This document shows, in pieces, positions 29,501 through 37,008 of a stretch of DNA of 43,478 nt. The stretch comes from Bacteroidales bacterium. GTDB lineage: Bacteria > Bacteroidota > Bacteroidia > Bacteroidales > UBA7960. The notes under the pieces are model-generated. The model ran no database searches. It was not told the DNA's origin and saw only the letters and a program-made list of their open reading frames with translations. The position numbers and the translations under genes are program-made. The DNA is taken from NCBI GenBank assembly GCA_007129355.1, contig SKVR01000052.1:1-43478 (forward strand), given 5' to 3'. Position 1 is the stretch's first letter. Each line of letters begins with the position of its first letter.

Positions 29501-32298
29501 AAGGAGCGGCAAAGTACTACTGGAATTTTGGGGATGCAGGGTCTTCTCAGCAGTTTGACCAGGTAAGAACCTTTACCAATAGCAGCCATGAGGAATCAAA
29601 AACATATGAAGTAAAGCTGATTGCCGAATCAATTCACGGATGTATTGATTCAATTGTGCAGCAGGTAATTGTGCATCCTAAACCTAAAGCGGATTATTCT
29701 GTTTCTGAATTGTCAGGTTGCGCTCCGTTTGCAGTAGATTTTACTGAAAATGCTGTGGGGGCAGGCTCTTTCATCTGGAATTTTGGTGATGGAACTGATG
29801 ATGTTACCACGCAGGGTAATAACAGACATACTTATACACACACAGGCGAAACGGCGGCAGATTTTACAACCAGTCTTGTGGTTAAAAATAGCTTCGGATG
29901 CACAGATACACTGCAAAAAGATCTACAGGTGTTTCCGCTTATTTCGGCAGGCATTGATGTTTCAGAAATAAGTGGATGTCATCCACTGGAAATTGATATA
30001 CGAAATACCTCTACCAGAGCAACTGCTGCAACTCCTTACTTCTGGTCATACGGCGATGGAAATTCTTCAACCAGCCAGGAGCAGGTGCAAACTTACGTAT
30101 TTGAAAACTTCAGCCATACACACACCCAGGATTACCTGATCCGCCTGAATGCCGAATCAAACTACGGTTGTAAGGATTCAGCTTCGGTAACTGTTACAGT
30201 TAATCCTCGTCCAAAAGCAGTCTTTGAACCAGAGGTGCTGGAAGGATGTTCTCCGCTTCCGGTTCAGTTTACTGATGCATCTAAAGGAGCAGGAATATAT
30301 ACATGGCAGTTTGGAGATGGCAATCATACTCAGCAGGAAGGTACCGTAAGCCATGTTTTTCAACAACCCTATGATCAGGGAGCCGGTGAATTTAACATTG
30401 AATTATTGGTTGAGAATCAATATGGCTGCGATGATTTTACAAACCGCCAGATTACAGTTTTCCCGGATATTACTGCACAGTTTGATGTGGAAACAGAAGG
30501 TTGCCATCCTTTACAGGTAAGTTTTGATAATCTCTCTCTGGGAGTAGATCAGTACACCTGGACCCTGGGCGATGGTACCGTAACCGATGAAGTTGACGAA
30601 TATACTTATTTTAATGAAAGCTACGACACCCCTGCAAAATATAGGGTAAATCTTCACACACTCTCTTCTTATGGCTGTCAAGCTGAAATCAGCAAGGAAG
30701 TTACCGTATTCCCAAGGCCTAAGTCTGAATTTGATATCAGCATCAATCATGGTTGTTCTCCCCTGCATGTTGACATTGAGAATCTCTCGGATGGAGGCAG
30801 TAATTATGCGTGGAATCTTGGGGGTAATACCAGTTATACCCAGGAACCCTTGTTTACTCATATATTCCGCAATCTGCAGGACGAACCCCAATCCTTAAAT
30901 ATCGGGTTAACAACCGCTAATCAATATGGATGTACAAGACAATCGGAGAAGCTAATCAATGTATACCCCGAAGTACATGCCGGGTTTACTGCCGATAATC
31001 CTTTGTTGGCAGGATGCAACCCTTTGAATCTGAATTTTGAGAACCTTTCAGAAAGAGCTCATCAATATCAATGGTCATTTGGCGATGGTACGCATTCAAC
31101 CGCTTCTAATCCTTCTAATATCTTTTTTACCCAAAGTACACATGAAAGTTACTTTGAAGTAATACTCAGGGCAGAGTCTGCATATGGCTGTCAGGATAGT
31201 ATTGTAAAGCAGGCAAGAGTTTATCCCGTTCCTGTGGCAGATATGTTTGTAAGTCCGCATAGCCAGGTTTTTCCAGGTACCAGTGTAGTTGCAGACAACC
31301 TTAGTGCACCGGGCAGCTGGCAGTATCATTGGGACTTGGGCGATGGTACGCGCATTACAACGAATGAAAACAATCCTGTTGATCATACTTACACCTGGCA
31401 GAGTGAGGATTATGCCACACGTCGTTTTACTGTAAATCTCATGGTTGGCAATGAGTTCTGTTATGATGCCATCAGTCAGGACGTTGTTATTAAGGCACCT
31501 CATCCGCAAGTAGGTTTTGAACCTTCGGAACAGGGTTGCTCGCCACTTGAAGTACAATTCCGTAATGATACCAAATATGGGCTTGAGTTTTTCTGGGATT
31601 TTGATGATGGGAATTATTCTTCAGAAGAGAATCCGCGTCATACTTTTTATGACCCTGGTGAATACCTGGTAAAACTGCTGGTGAGCGGAGAAGGTGGTAT
31701 CGATTCTGCCTACCAGACTATTACTGTTTTTGAACTTCCTAAGGCTAATTTCAGAGCGGATCCTCCTGTTATTCAGTTGCCATATGAATCAGTACAGATG
31801 GTCAATCTGTCAAGTCTGGGAGCCTATTATGAATGGCATATGGGCGATGGCAATGTTTACTACGAATACGAACCTGAGCATCAATATAAAGAACCAGGGG
31901 AGTATGATGTTACCTTAATTGTGGGTACTGATACCAATCCGCAATGTTTCGATGAATTTACCAAACAAAGTGGAATAAAAGCAGAGCAAAACTGCAGGAT
32001 TGTGTTTCCCAATGCTTTTACACCTAATACCACCGGGCCCAATGGCGGTGCCTACGTTGTAAATGATCCTGCAAATCACGTTTTTTATCCGGTTCATACC
32101 GGGATTAAAGACTACAGGCTTGAAATTTATAACCGGTGGGGTGAGTTTTTATTCCGTTCTGAAGATCTGGAAATAGGTTGGGACGGTTATTACCGGGACA
32201 GACTTTCTTCTATGGATGTATATGTTTGGAAAGTATGGGTTACCTGTCACGACGGAACTGAAATAAGAGATGCAGGAGATGTTACACTTTACCGATAA
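26518..32298 (+). CDS. giant secreted cell-surface protein: signal peptide, ~520-aa N-terminal domain, Ig-like module, 15 PKD-like repeats, T9SS type B C-terminal sorting domain
   Basis: 1926 aa with signal peptide MKRFFTIFFFLILLQGISPAVA/QTD and 15 repeats carrying GCxPLxVxFxNxS...WxFGDG signatures. The C-terminus (VFPNAFTPN, LEIYNRWGEFLF, GWDGYY, VYVWKVWV, GDVTLYR) matches the gliding-motility-associated type B CTD. Confidence 0.9.
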   Translation: MKRFFTIFFFLILLQGISPAVAQTDTEFWFAVPKLTEGHQGDPPTHPDRWRYFFRFANLELENHITISLPADPAFTPIEAILAPYEAHTINVTDLILQLWNINPDEIYNRGVRITATNLTTAYFEVGNHWNPDIFSLKGRNALGTDFFIPFQNHFRNGNYDPQPYSGIYIVATEDNTEITVTPTRPVFPGRPAGVPFNLTLNRGQSIAVVPNDYNNTGQLPQNHLGGTRVEANKPIAITSSDDSVGANPYAGCRDLIGDQLIPTSIIGTEYIAMRGRLTIPEFFFVLATEPNTIVEIDGFPETVLQPGEQFRWQFSQQTHFIKTSKPSYVYHVAGFGCEMGGAVLPPINVCTGSTRVSFTRSKAESFFLNILVRAGAEDAFIFGGMGPNTVIQASDFEVVPGTTDWLAAEFEFSPNAPVPLGVPVGEATLIENTKDVFHLGIINGGPTSGTMYGYFSDFNQLGVQANISGTGITHKACFGDPVQLIARGGTEYMWHPVDFLDDPTIPNPIALPDASIKYTVTVSGACNMVDSTDVFIEVGDPVAALFTIDQSEGCSPLELMIQNESYGISNYSWRMGDGTVYTTGASYFPHTFINTTDDVIEKEIMLVGRNSLFCRDTMRTTVKIYPEVHAIAQANVISGCAPLEVNFTSILTNADSFTWRFGDGSSSTEETPTHVFHNYSNEEKTFRVVLDAKSRFGCESQDIIEIVVQPYIETGFHVDPPVHCHPYPMELTNTSYGATSCSWSFNGGNTFEDIDSLQFKRTLLNEGAEPRTYEIWLVGENDFGCEHTTIRDITVNPLIKSVFTADVIEGCNPLLVDFTNESRHAHTYLWDFDNDQGTSSDIDPVMVFENPSLTDTAVFNVNLLAASEWFCSHESEMEIRVFPRIRANFTFDYTSFCTPQEVTFYNTSVGGLNYYWDFGDGNTSDGNNAEIAHEYINNTSEKIVYPVKLIIENASGCMDTVIREVTIFPQIKADFDMTTSGCHPLDVEFRNSSKGAAKYYWNFGDAGSSQQFDQVRTFTNSSHEESKTYEVKLIAESIHGCIDSIVQQVIVHPKPKADYSVSELSGCAPFAVDFTENAVGAGSFIWNFGDGTDDVTTQGNNRHTYTHTGETAADFTTSLVVKNSFGCTDTLQKDLQVFPLISAGIDVSEISGCHPLEIDIRNTSTRATAATPYFWSYGDGNSSTSQEQVQTYVFENFSHTHTQDYLIRLNAESNYGCKDSASVTVTVNPRPKAVFEPEVLEGCSPLPVQFTDASKGAGIYTWQFGDGNHTQQEGTVSHVFQQPYDQGAGEFNIELLVENQYGCDDFTNRQITVFPDITAQFDVETEGCHPLQVSFDNLSLGVDQYTWTLGDGTVTDEVDEYTYFNESYDTPAKYRVNLHTLSSYGCQAEISKEVTVFPRPKSEFDISINHGCSPLHVDIENLSDGGSNYAWNLGGNTSYTQEPLFTHIFRNLQDEPQSLNIGLTTANQYGCTRQSEKLINVYPEVHAGFTADNPLLAGCNPLNLNFENLSERAHQYQWSFGDGTHSTASNPSNIFFTQSTHESYFEVILRAESAYGCQDSIVKQARVYPVPVADMFVSPHSQVFPGTSVVADNLSAPGSWQYHWDLGDGTRITTNENNPVDHTYTWQSEDYATRRFTVNLMVGNEFCYDAISQDVVIKAPHPQVGFEPSEQGCSPLEVQFRNDTKYGLEFFWDFDDGNYSSEENPRHTFYDPGEYLVKLLVSGEGGIDSAYQTITVFELPKANFRADPPVIQLPYESVQMVNLSSLGAYYEWHMGDGNVYYEYEPEHQYKEPGEYDVTLIVGTDTNPQCFDEFTKQSGIKAEQNCRIVFPNAFTPNTTGPNGGAYVVNDPANHVFYPVHTGIKDYRLEIYNRWGEFLFRSEDLEIGWDGYYRDRLSSMDVYVWKVWVTCHDGTEIRDAGDVTLYR
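28138..31950 (+). repeat. array of 15 diverged PKD-like coding repeats (~85 aa, ~255 nt period) inside the giant gene
   Basis: The W-x-[FLMY]-[GDN]-[DGN]-[GDA] signature recurs 15 times: WRMGDG, WRFGDG, WSFNGG, WDFDND, WDFGDG, WNFGDA, WNFGDG, WSYGDG, WQFGDG, WTLGDG, WNLGGN, WSFGDG, WDLGDG, WDFDDG, WHMGDG. The repeats are diverged at DNA level and I saw no long identical copies. Boundaries are approximate. Confidence 0.8.
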
Positions 32299-32356
32299 GA
32301 ATTTGGCAAGCAAAAATATAACAGGGAAACTGAGAAATTATTTTAATTATAAACAA

Positions 32357-33394
32357 ATGAACAAGCTCATGAGGACATACAGTAAAAACATCCGGGTGCT
32401 CAAGATTGCACTGGGAATGCTTTTGTCTGTTACCCTGCTTCAGGTAAGGGGGCAGGCACCTCAGTTTTCTCAGTTTTATGCTGCACCTTTATACCTGGCG
32501 CCCTCTTTTGCAGGAGCAACAGATGGAAGCCGCCTTGTAATGAACTACCGCAATCAATGGCCTTCAATTCCCGGAGCCTTTGTTACTTATGCTTTTTCTT
32601 TCGATCATTATTTCCACAAGTATAACAGTGGAGTAGGTGTATTGCTTTTCAGAGACCAGGCCGGTTCAGGCCGTCTGGCAACTACACATGGTGGGCTGGT
32701 TTACAGCTACAATTTTAAGATTGACCACAACTGGACCATGAGGCCTGGCTTGCAATTCCTTTATGCACAACGCACCGTTGATTTTCATCGTCATATTTTC
32801 GGCGACCAGCTCACTCTTAACGATATTCTACCCACTACCAACGTTCCTAATCCTATTGAAAGAGTTGGTTACTTTGATGCTTCTTCATCACTTCTGGTTT
32901 ATAATCCCAATTCATGGATGGGCTTTGCAGTAGATAATATGATGATGCCTAATCAATCTATGACCGGCGAAGAGAGTAGAATTCCCATGAAATTTTCGGC
33001 ATTTGGTGGTTACAGAATCACTTACGGCGGAAGATATTCGCAACAAGTGCCTGAAAGTATTTCTCTGGCATTGTTATATAAAAACCAGGGTAAATTTAAC
33101 CAGATCGACTTCGGCGCTTACTGGTCAAAAGATCCCATCTCCCTGGGGTTGCTTTACAGAGGTATACCCATATTCAATAACCGTATTCACGGCCTTTCCA
33201 ACAATGATGCCCTCGTAATTACAGGTGGACTACGTACACAGAACCTTAGAATTGCCTACAGCTATGACTTTACTGTCAGCAGGCTGATAAATTCAACAGC
33301 AGGAGCTCATGAAATCTCTTTGATCTTCCAGTTCAACCAGGGAGCACCCAGTAAAAGACAGGGATCTATTCCTTGTCCGGATGGTCAGCTCTGA
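32357..33394 (+). CDS. PorP/SprF family type IX secretion system membrane protein
   Basis: 345 aa from the ATG at 32357 (the ORF-track start at 32270 overlaps the giant gene). After the signal sequence comes the family signature QAPQFSQFYAAPLYLAPSFAG. The rest is beta-barrel-like and ends AHEISLIFQF. Confidence 0.85.
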   Translation: MNKLMRTYSKNIRVLKIALGMLLSVTLLQVRGQAPQFSQFYAAPLYLAPSFAGATDGSRLVMNYRNQWPSIPGAFVTYAFSFDHYFHKYNSGVGVLLFRDQAGSGRLATTHGGLVYSYNFKIDHNWTMRPGLQFLYAQRTVDFHRHIFGDQLTLNDILPTTNVPNPIERVGYFDASSSLLVYNPNSWMGFAVDNMMMPNQSMTGEESRIPMKFSAFGGYRITYGGRYSQQVPESISLALLYKNQGKFNQIDFGAYWSKDPISLGLLYRGIPIFNNRIHGLSNNDALVITGGLRTQNLRIAYSYDFTVSRLINSTAGAHEISLIFQFNQGAPSKRQGSIPCPDGQL

Positions 33395-33435
33395 TTTTGT
33401 ATTGGTTAAAATAGTCAGATTGCACCTGGCCTGAT

Positions 33436-34200
33436 TCAGGCTATCAAGGCTAATTCCTTTTTTACAGGCTTTTGGTATTCCTTCATCAGATCCTTGAAGT
33501 TTTTAAATTTCAGGGTTTCAAATTTGAGGCTTTCCGTATTAATTATTACACCCTGGAAACGACCCATTGAGCAAGAACCACTATTGATGTATTGTTTTTT
33601 GTTGTTAAGGTAGTAGGTTTTATGAGCTTCTATTTTATGGGTATGCCCTAAAACAACCATATCATAATCTTTTAGTAAACGCAAAGCGTGTGTCAGATAT
33701 CTAATGGAGTGATATTTTTTGGGAATAGAGTTAATGGCTTCATCCAGCTCAACAATTTTGAAATAAATTCTGCAAACCAACCTGGTGGTGCTCATCCATC
33801 TCAAAATATTAAAACCAAAGGTTTGTAGTTTTCTTCCCAGCTTTGTCCCATTCAGAAAATCAGCACTATGGCCGTGCTCAATATAGATTTTTTGTCCATG
33901 ACTGTTTTCCACTTCAGTGCTTGTTAAGCCAAAGCGACATATTGCATCATGGTTGCCTTTTAAGTAAATAAAATAAGGCGTGTTAAGCAAAAAATCTATG
34001 AGAGTTTTATTCCGGTTGTAGATTTCTTCAAAGCTATATTTGTAAAGTTCAAAAATATCTCCATTGAGAATAATACGATCAATCTTTTCTTCATTAATTA
34101 CTTTTTTAAGAGCTGTTATAAACTGTTCCGGTTTCCAGCCAAAGGTTTCGAAATGATCGTTATTACCAATGTGCAGGTCGGATATGATTAACAGATTCAT
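33436..34200 (-). CDS. calcineurin-type metallophosphoesterase (LpxH-like motif spacing)
   Basis: 254 aa with motifs ISDLHIG (DxH), LNGDIFEL (GD), KGNHD (GNHD), IEHGH and LGHTH. It starts 11 nt after the upstream glycosyltransferase stop. Confidence 0.8.
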   Translation of the reverse strand: MNLLIISDLHIGNNDHFETFGWKPEQFITALKKVINEEKIDRIILNGDIFELYKYSFEEIYNRNKTLIDFLLNTPYFIYLKGNHDAICRFGLTSTEVENSHGQKIYIEHGHSADFLNGTKLGRKLQTFGFNILRWMSTTRLVCRIYFKIVELDEAINSIPKKYHSIRYLTHALRLLKDYDMVVLGHTHKIEAHKTYYLNNKKQYINSGSCSMGRFQGVIINTESLKFETLKFKNFKDLMKEYQKPVKKELALIA

Positions 34201-34211
34201 GGTATTAGTTA

Positions 34212-35342
34212 TTATTGTGATGCAATGAAATCAGAAACAAGGGGTGTTCCGTTTTTCAATGACATTATTTCTATATTGGTTTTATATAACTGGGCAATGT
34301 GAGGATTGTAAATGATCTCATTTACTCTGTTGGGAAGAACTGAAGTCTTTTTTTCATAAAGACCCAGAAAATTATCTCTTACAAACTCCATGTTGCCTTT
34401 TTCCTGTTCCCATATATAATTGCTTATAACCGGAATTTTTCCCGACATCAGGATTTCCATAAAGGTACTTGCGCCACATTTGGTCACAACCACATCTGCA
34501 ATACTTATAAGTTCATAAACAAAATCAACGTAACCATAAATCTTCAGATAGCTGGAGTTATACTTACTTTTTAGTTTCCATGCTTTTTTGTAAAGGCTAC
34601 GATTGTTGCCGCAGACTATGGCTATTTGTGCACCTGAATTATTTTTCAGAAAGTTTTTAAGAATTTTCTTTCCTTTAGGTATGCCGTCACCTCCTCCAAG
34701 AATCAGAACGAGCTTTTTACTGGTATCAAAACCAAGGTTTCTTTTGATGGAGTGAGATAATAAGGGATTAAGAGGTCTGGTGAATTTGTCATCCAGGATA
34801 AAAGGGAAAACAGAAACATTATCAGCATGTATTCCTTTCTTGATGGAATGATCTTTCAGTTTTTCTGAAAAAACTATGAATTTCGGGCTTTTTTCCAGGA
34901 ACCAGAAGGGATGCGCCGTAAAAGGATCAGTAACCACAACCGTAACAGGTATTTCAAGCTTGTTTTTTTTTAGTATCTGTAAAACTGGTTTGATAAGAAA
35001 AAAGTGGAAAATCACAATTTTTGATGGGATGTTTGCCAGAATTTGTTTTTCCAGCTGAGACCTTATGCAAAAAGACAGGAATGTGATAAGACCATTTCCC
35101 ATCCACCTGATTTTATTAATAGCATATAAAGATTCAAAAATCCAGACTGCTTTCGACTGCGAAAAACGGTAACCATCTTCTATAAAATATCTTATCCATT
35201 TGTTAACTCCCTGAAAACCATCGGCTAGCACCGGAGTGATCTTGTCCCCGTGTTTAACTTTAATATAGTTGGCTATGGAGCGGGCGGGAGCGAGATGTCC
35301 TCCGCCGGTTTTCAGATAAAGAAACAGATGCTTCTTTTGCAT
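34212..35342 (-). CDS. MGDG-synthase/UgtP-like glycosyltransferase (GT28-type GT-B)
   Basis: 376 aa from the ATG at 35342 (the track start at 35366 is a TTG). The N-terminal motif LKTGGGHLAPARSIANY compares with B. subtilis UgtP NYGNGHVQVAK. The C-terminal region is TKCGASTFMEILMSGKIPV...WEQEKGN. Confidence 0.75.
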   Translation of the reverse strand: MQKKHLFLYLKTGGGHLAPARSIANYIKVKHGDKITPVLADGFQGVNKWIRYFIEDGYRFSQSKAVWIFESLYAINKIRWMGNGLITFLSFCIRSQLEKQILANIPSKIVIFHFFLIKPVLQILKKNKLEIPVTVVVTDPFTAHPFWFLEKSPKFIVFSEKLKDHSIKKGIHADNVSVFPFILDDKFTRPLNPLLSHSIKRNLGFDTSKKLVLILGGGDGIPKGKKILKNFLKNNSGAQIAIVCGNNRSLYKKAWKLKSKYNSSYLKIYGYVDFVYELISIADVVVTKCGASTFMEILMSGKIPVISNYIWEQEKGNMEFVRDNFLGLYEKKTSVLPNRVNEIIYNPHIAQLYKTNIEIMSLKNGTPLVSDFIASQ

Positions 35343-35437
35343 GACTTGATGTGAAGGTACTCGCAAAAGTAACCGCTGATTATTAACTTAGCTTAAAGAG
35401 ATTCTTATGTAATAATTAAGTTTTTGTAAATATAAGG

Positions 35438-36808
35438 TTACCTGATAATCTGATTGGGAGTTGAGAACTTACCCGTTTCGAGAAACTCCTTGATGTTATA
35501 GGTTCCTCTTTTTCTTGCTTTCAGAAATCCGGCCCATGCGGCTTCAGCAAGCCTGCCTTTATCAAGCATATCAAACAGCCATTGATCAGTGTAATTAGGG
35601 TACTCCTGTTTAAAACCCGACTGTATATCTCTGACCCATTTCTTGTTAGCTCTCTCCTGTGCGCCTATTGTAGGGCTCATGATTAAAGGTATGCCCAAAG
35701 CTGTGTAAAAAGATAGTTCACTGGGCTTGCTCCATAATACATCTGTTGTTCTTATTACCTGATTAAACTTATGATAATACTCTTCAAAATCTTTTCCGTA
35801 AATTACATGTACATTGGCTGAATTAACTTCCTCCTGGATATCAAGAAAATAATCCTGTACTTCAGATCGGGTACCTGCAACAAGATTTAGCATTATTTGT
35901 CCGGTAATGAGTTTTTCTCTCAGGCTGAATGCAATTTTCTTTCCTGTTTCTTTTTGTGCCCCTGCTCCACCAACGGCAAAAGTTAATGTAAGAATCCTTT
36001 CATTTTTAAACTTACAGTTTTCTTCACCCAGAAAGTACAGCAGGTTTTGTTTATGAATAGGCCAGAATCGGTTTGAAGGATCAAGGTAATGTAACCTCTG
36101 TCCAAGGTCATGTTTCAGTATGTCAAGGTTTTCATTTCCGAGAATTTCTGGTGGAAGCGGAAATCCTGTCAAGTGTATTCTTTGTTCGGGTACTCCGTAG
36201 TCTTTTAATCTTTTGGCAGCTCTACCAGTAGGTGCAAAATATTCAATGCGGCTTTCCCAGGGATCATGTGAAACCCATACCCGGTTAAGGTCAGTATCGC
36301 AAATGATACAATATATTTTTCCAAAGTTATTCAAGTCCGCAGCAATTGCAGGTGCATAAAAGCTAGTAACCAATGGAATGTGTTTTTCACGAATTTTATC
36401 CAGAACACTTTTACAAAGTCCTTTTCGAATGGCTGAATTTAGCATTCTTACCTGAAAGGTGCTTTTTGATAAATCCCGCCGGGGATAAAAGGATGGTATT
36501 TTCAGAAATAAATCCAGTAGATTGAAAAGTGTTTTTCCGATTACCGGAACTCCTTTAGCCCTGGAAAGCAATTCGTAAAACCAGAGTGTTCTCTTCCATA
36601 AATTTCGTTCAACTGTCGTTGTGCTTTCATTGCTTCCGGCAATTAATAAACCTTCCTGCGAAAGGTGTTTAAAAGGGTAGGCTGCCCGTAAATGTCCGTA
36701 ACCCATTTGGGCACTTACCAGCCAGAATTTTTTTTCTGCCGGTCTTGCTTGTTCTTCGGTTTTTTCTGACCCGGAAATTGTATCTGAATAGCCCGGAAGA
36801 AGAGTCAT
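35438..36808 (-). CDS. uncharacterised protein, distant UgtP/MGDG-synthase-like GT-B candidate
   Basis: 456 aa. The N-terminal SAQMGYGHLRAAYPF resembles the GxGH motif of the neighbouring GT. A mid Gly-rich segment reads TFAVGGAGAQ. The C-terminal SKPSELSFYTALGIPLIM...GAQERANKKW parallels the sugar-nucleotide-binding half of the neighbour. Confidence 0.5.
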   Translation of the reverse strand: MTLLPGYSDTISGSEKTEEQARPAEKKFWLVSAQMGYGHLRAAYPFKHLSQEGLLIAGSNESTTTVERNLWKRTLWFYELLSRAKGVPVIGKTLFNLLDLFLKIPSFYPRRDLSKSTFQVRMLNSAIRKGLCKSVLDKIREKHIPLVTSFYAPAIAADLNNFGKIYCIICDTDLNRVWVSHDPWESRIEYFAPTGRAAKRLKDYGVPEQRIHLTGFPLPPEILGNENLDILKHDLGQRLHYLDPSNRFWPIHKQNLLYFLGEENCKFKNERILTLTFAVGGAGAQKETGKKIAFSLREKLITGQIMLNLVAGTRSEVQDYFLDIQEEVNSANVHVIYGKDFEEYYHKFNQVIRTTDVLWSKPSELSFYTALGIPLIMSPTIGAQERANKKWVRDIQSGFKQEYPNYTDQWLFDMLDKGRLAEAAWAGFLKARKRGTYNIKEFLETGKFSTPNQIIR

Positions 36809-36844
36809 TGTGAATTTTTTTATTATAAAGAAATAAATACATGT

Positions 36845-36880
36845 GGTTTTAAAAAAGCCGGAGAATTAAACTCCGGCTTC
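36845..36880 (-). terminator. Rho-independent terminator downstream of the AsnB-family gene
   Basis: On the minus strand, stem GCCGGAG / CTCCGGC (36771-36777... read as 36857-36863 with 36871-36877) has a 7-nt loop, flanking A:T pairs and a following T6 (plus-strand A6 at 36851-36856). It lies about 130 nt after the asnB stop and about 40 nt before the next start. Confidence 0.7.
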
Positions 36881-37008
36881 ATTAAACACAAAACACAACA
36901 TGAAGAAAAAACTAAACAATATAATTGTTTGATTTTTTACTTGAACAAAGATAATTGATAGGTATTGCTTTCCTGTTAAGCTAAAATTAAAAGAAAGTTA
37001 GGAAAGTA

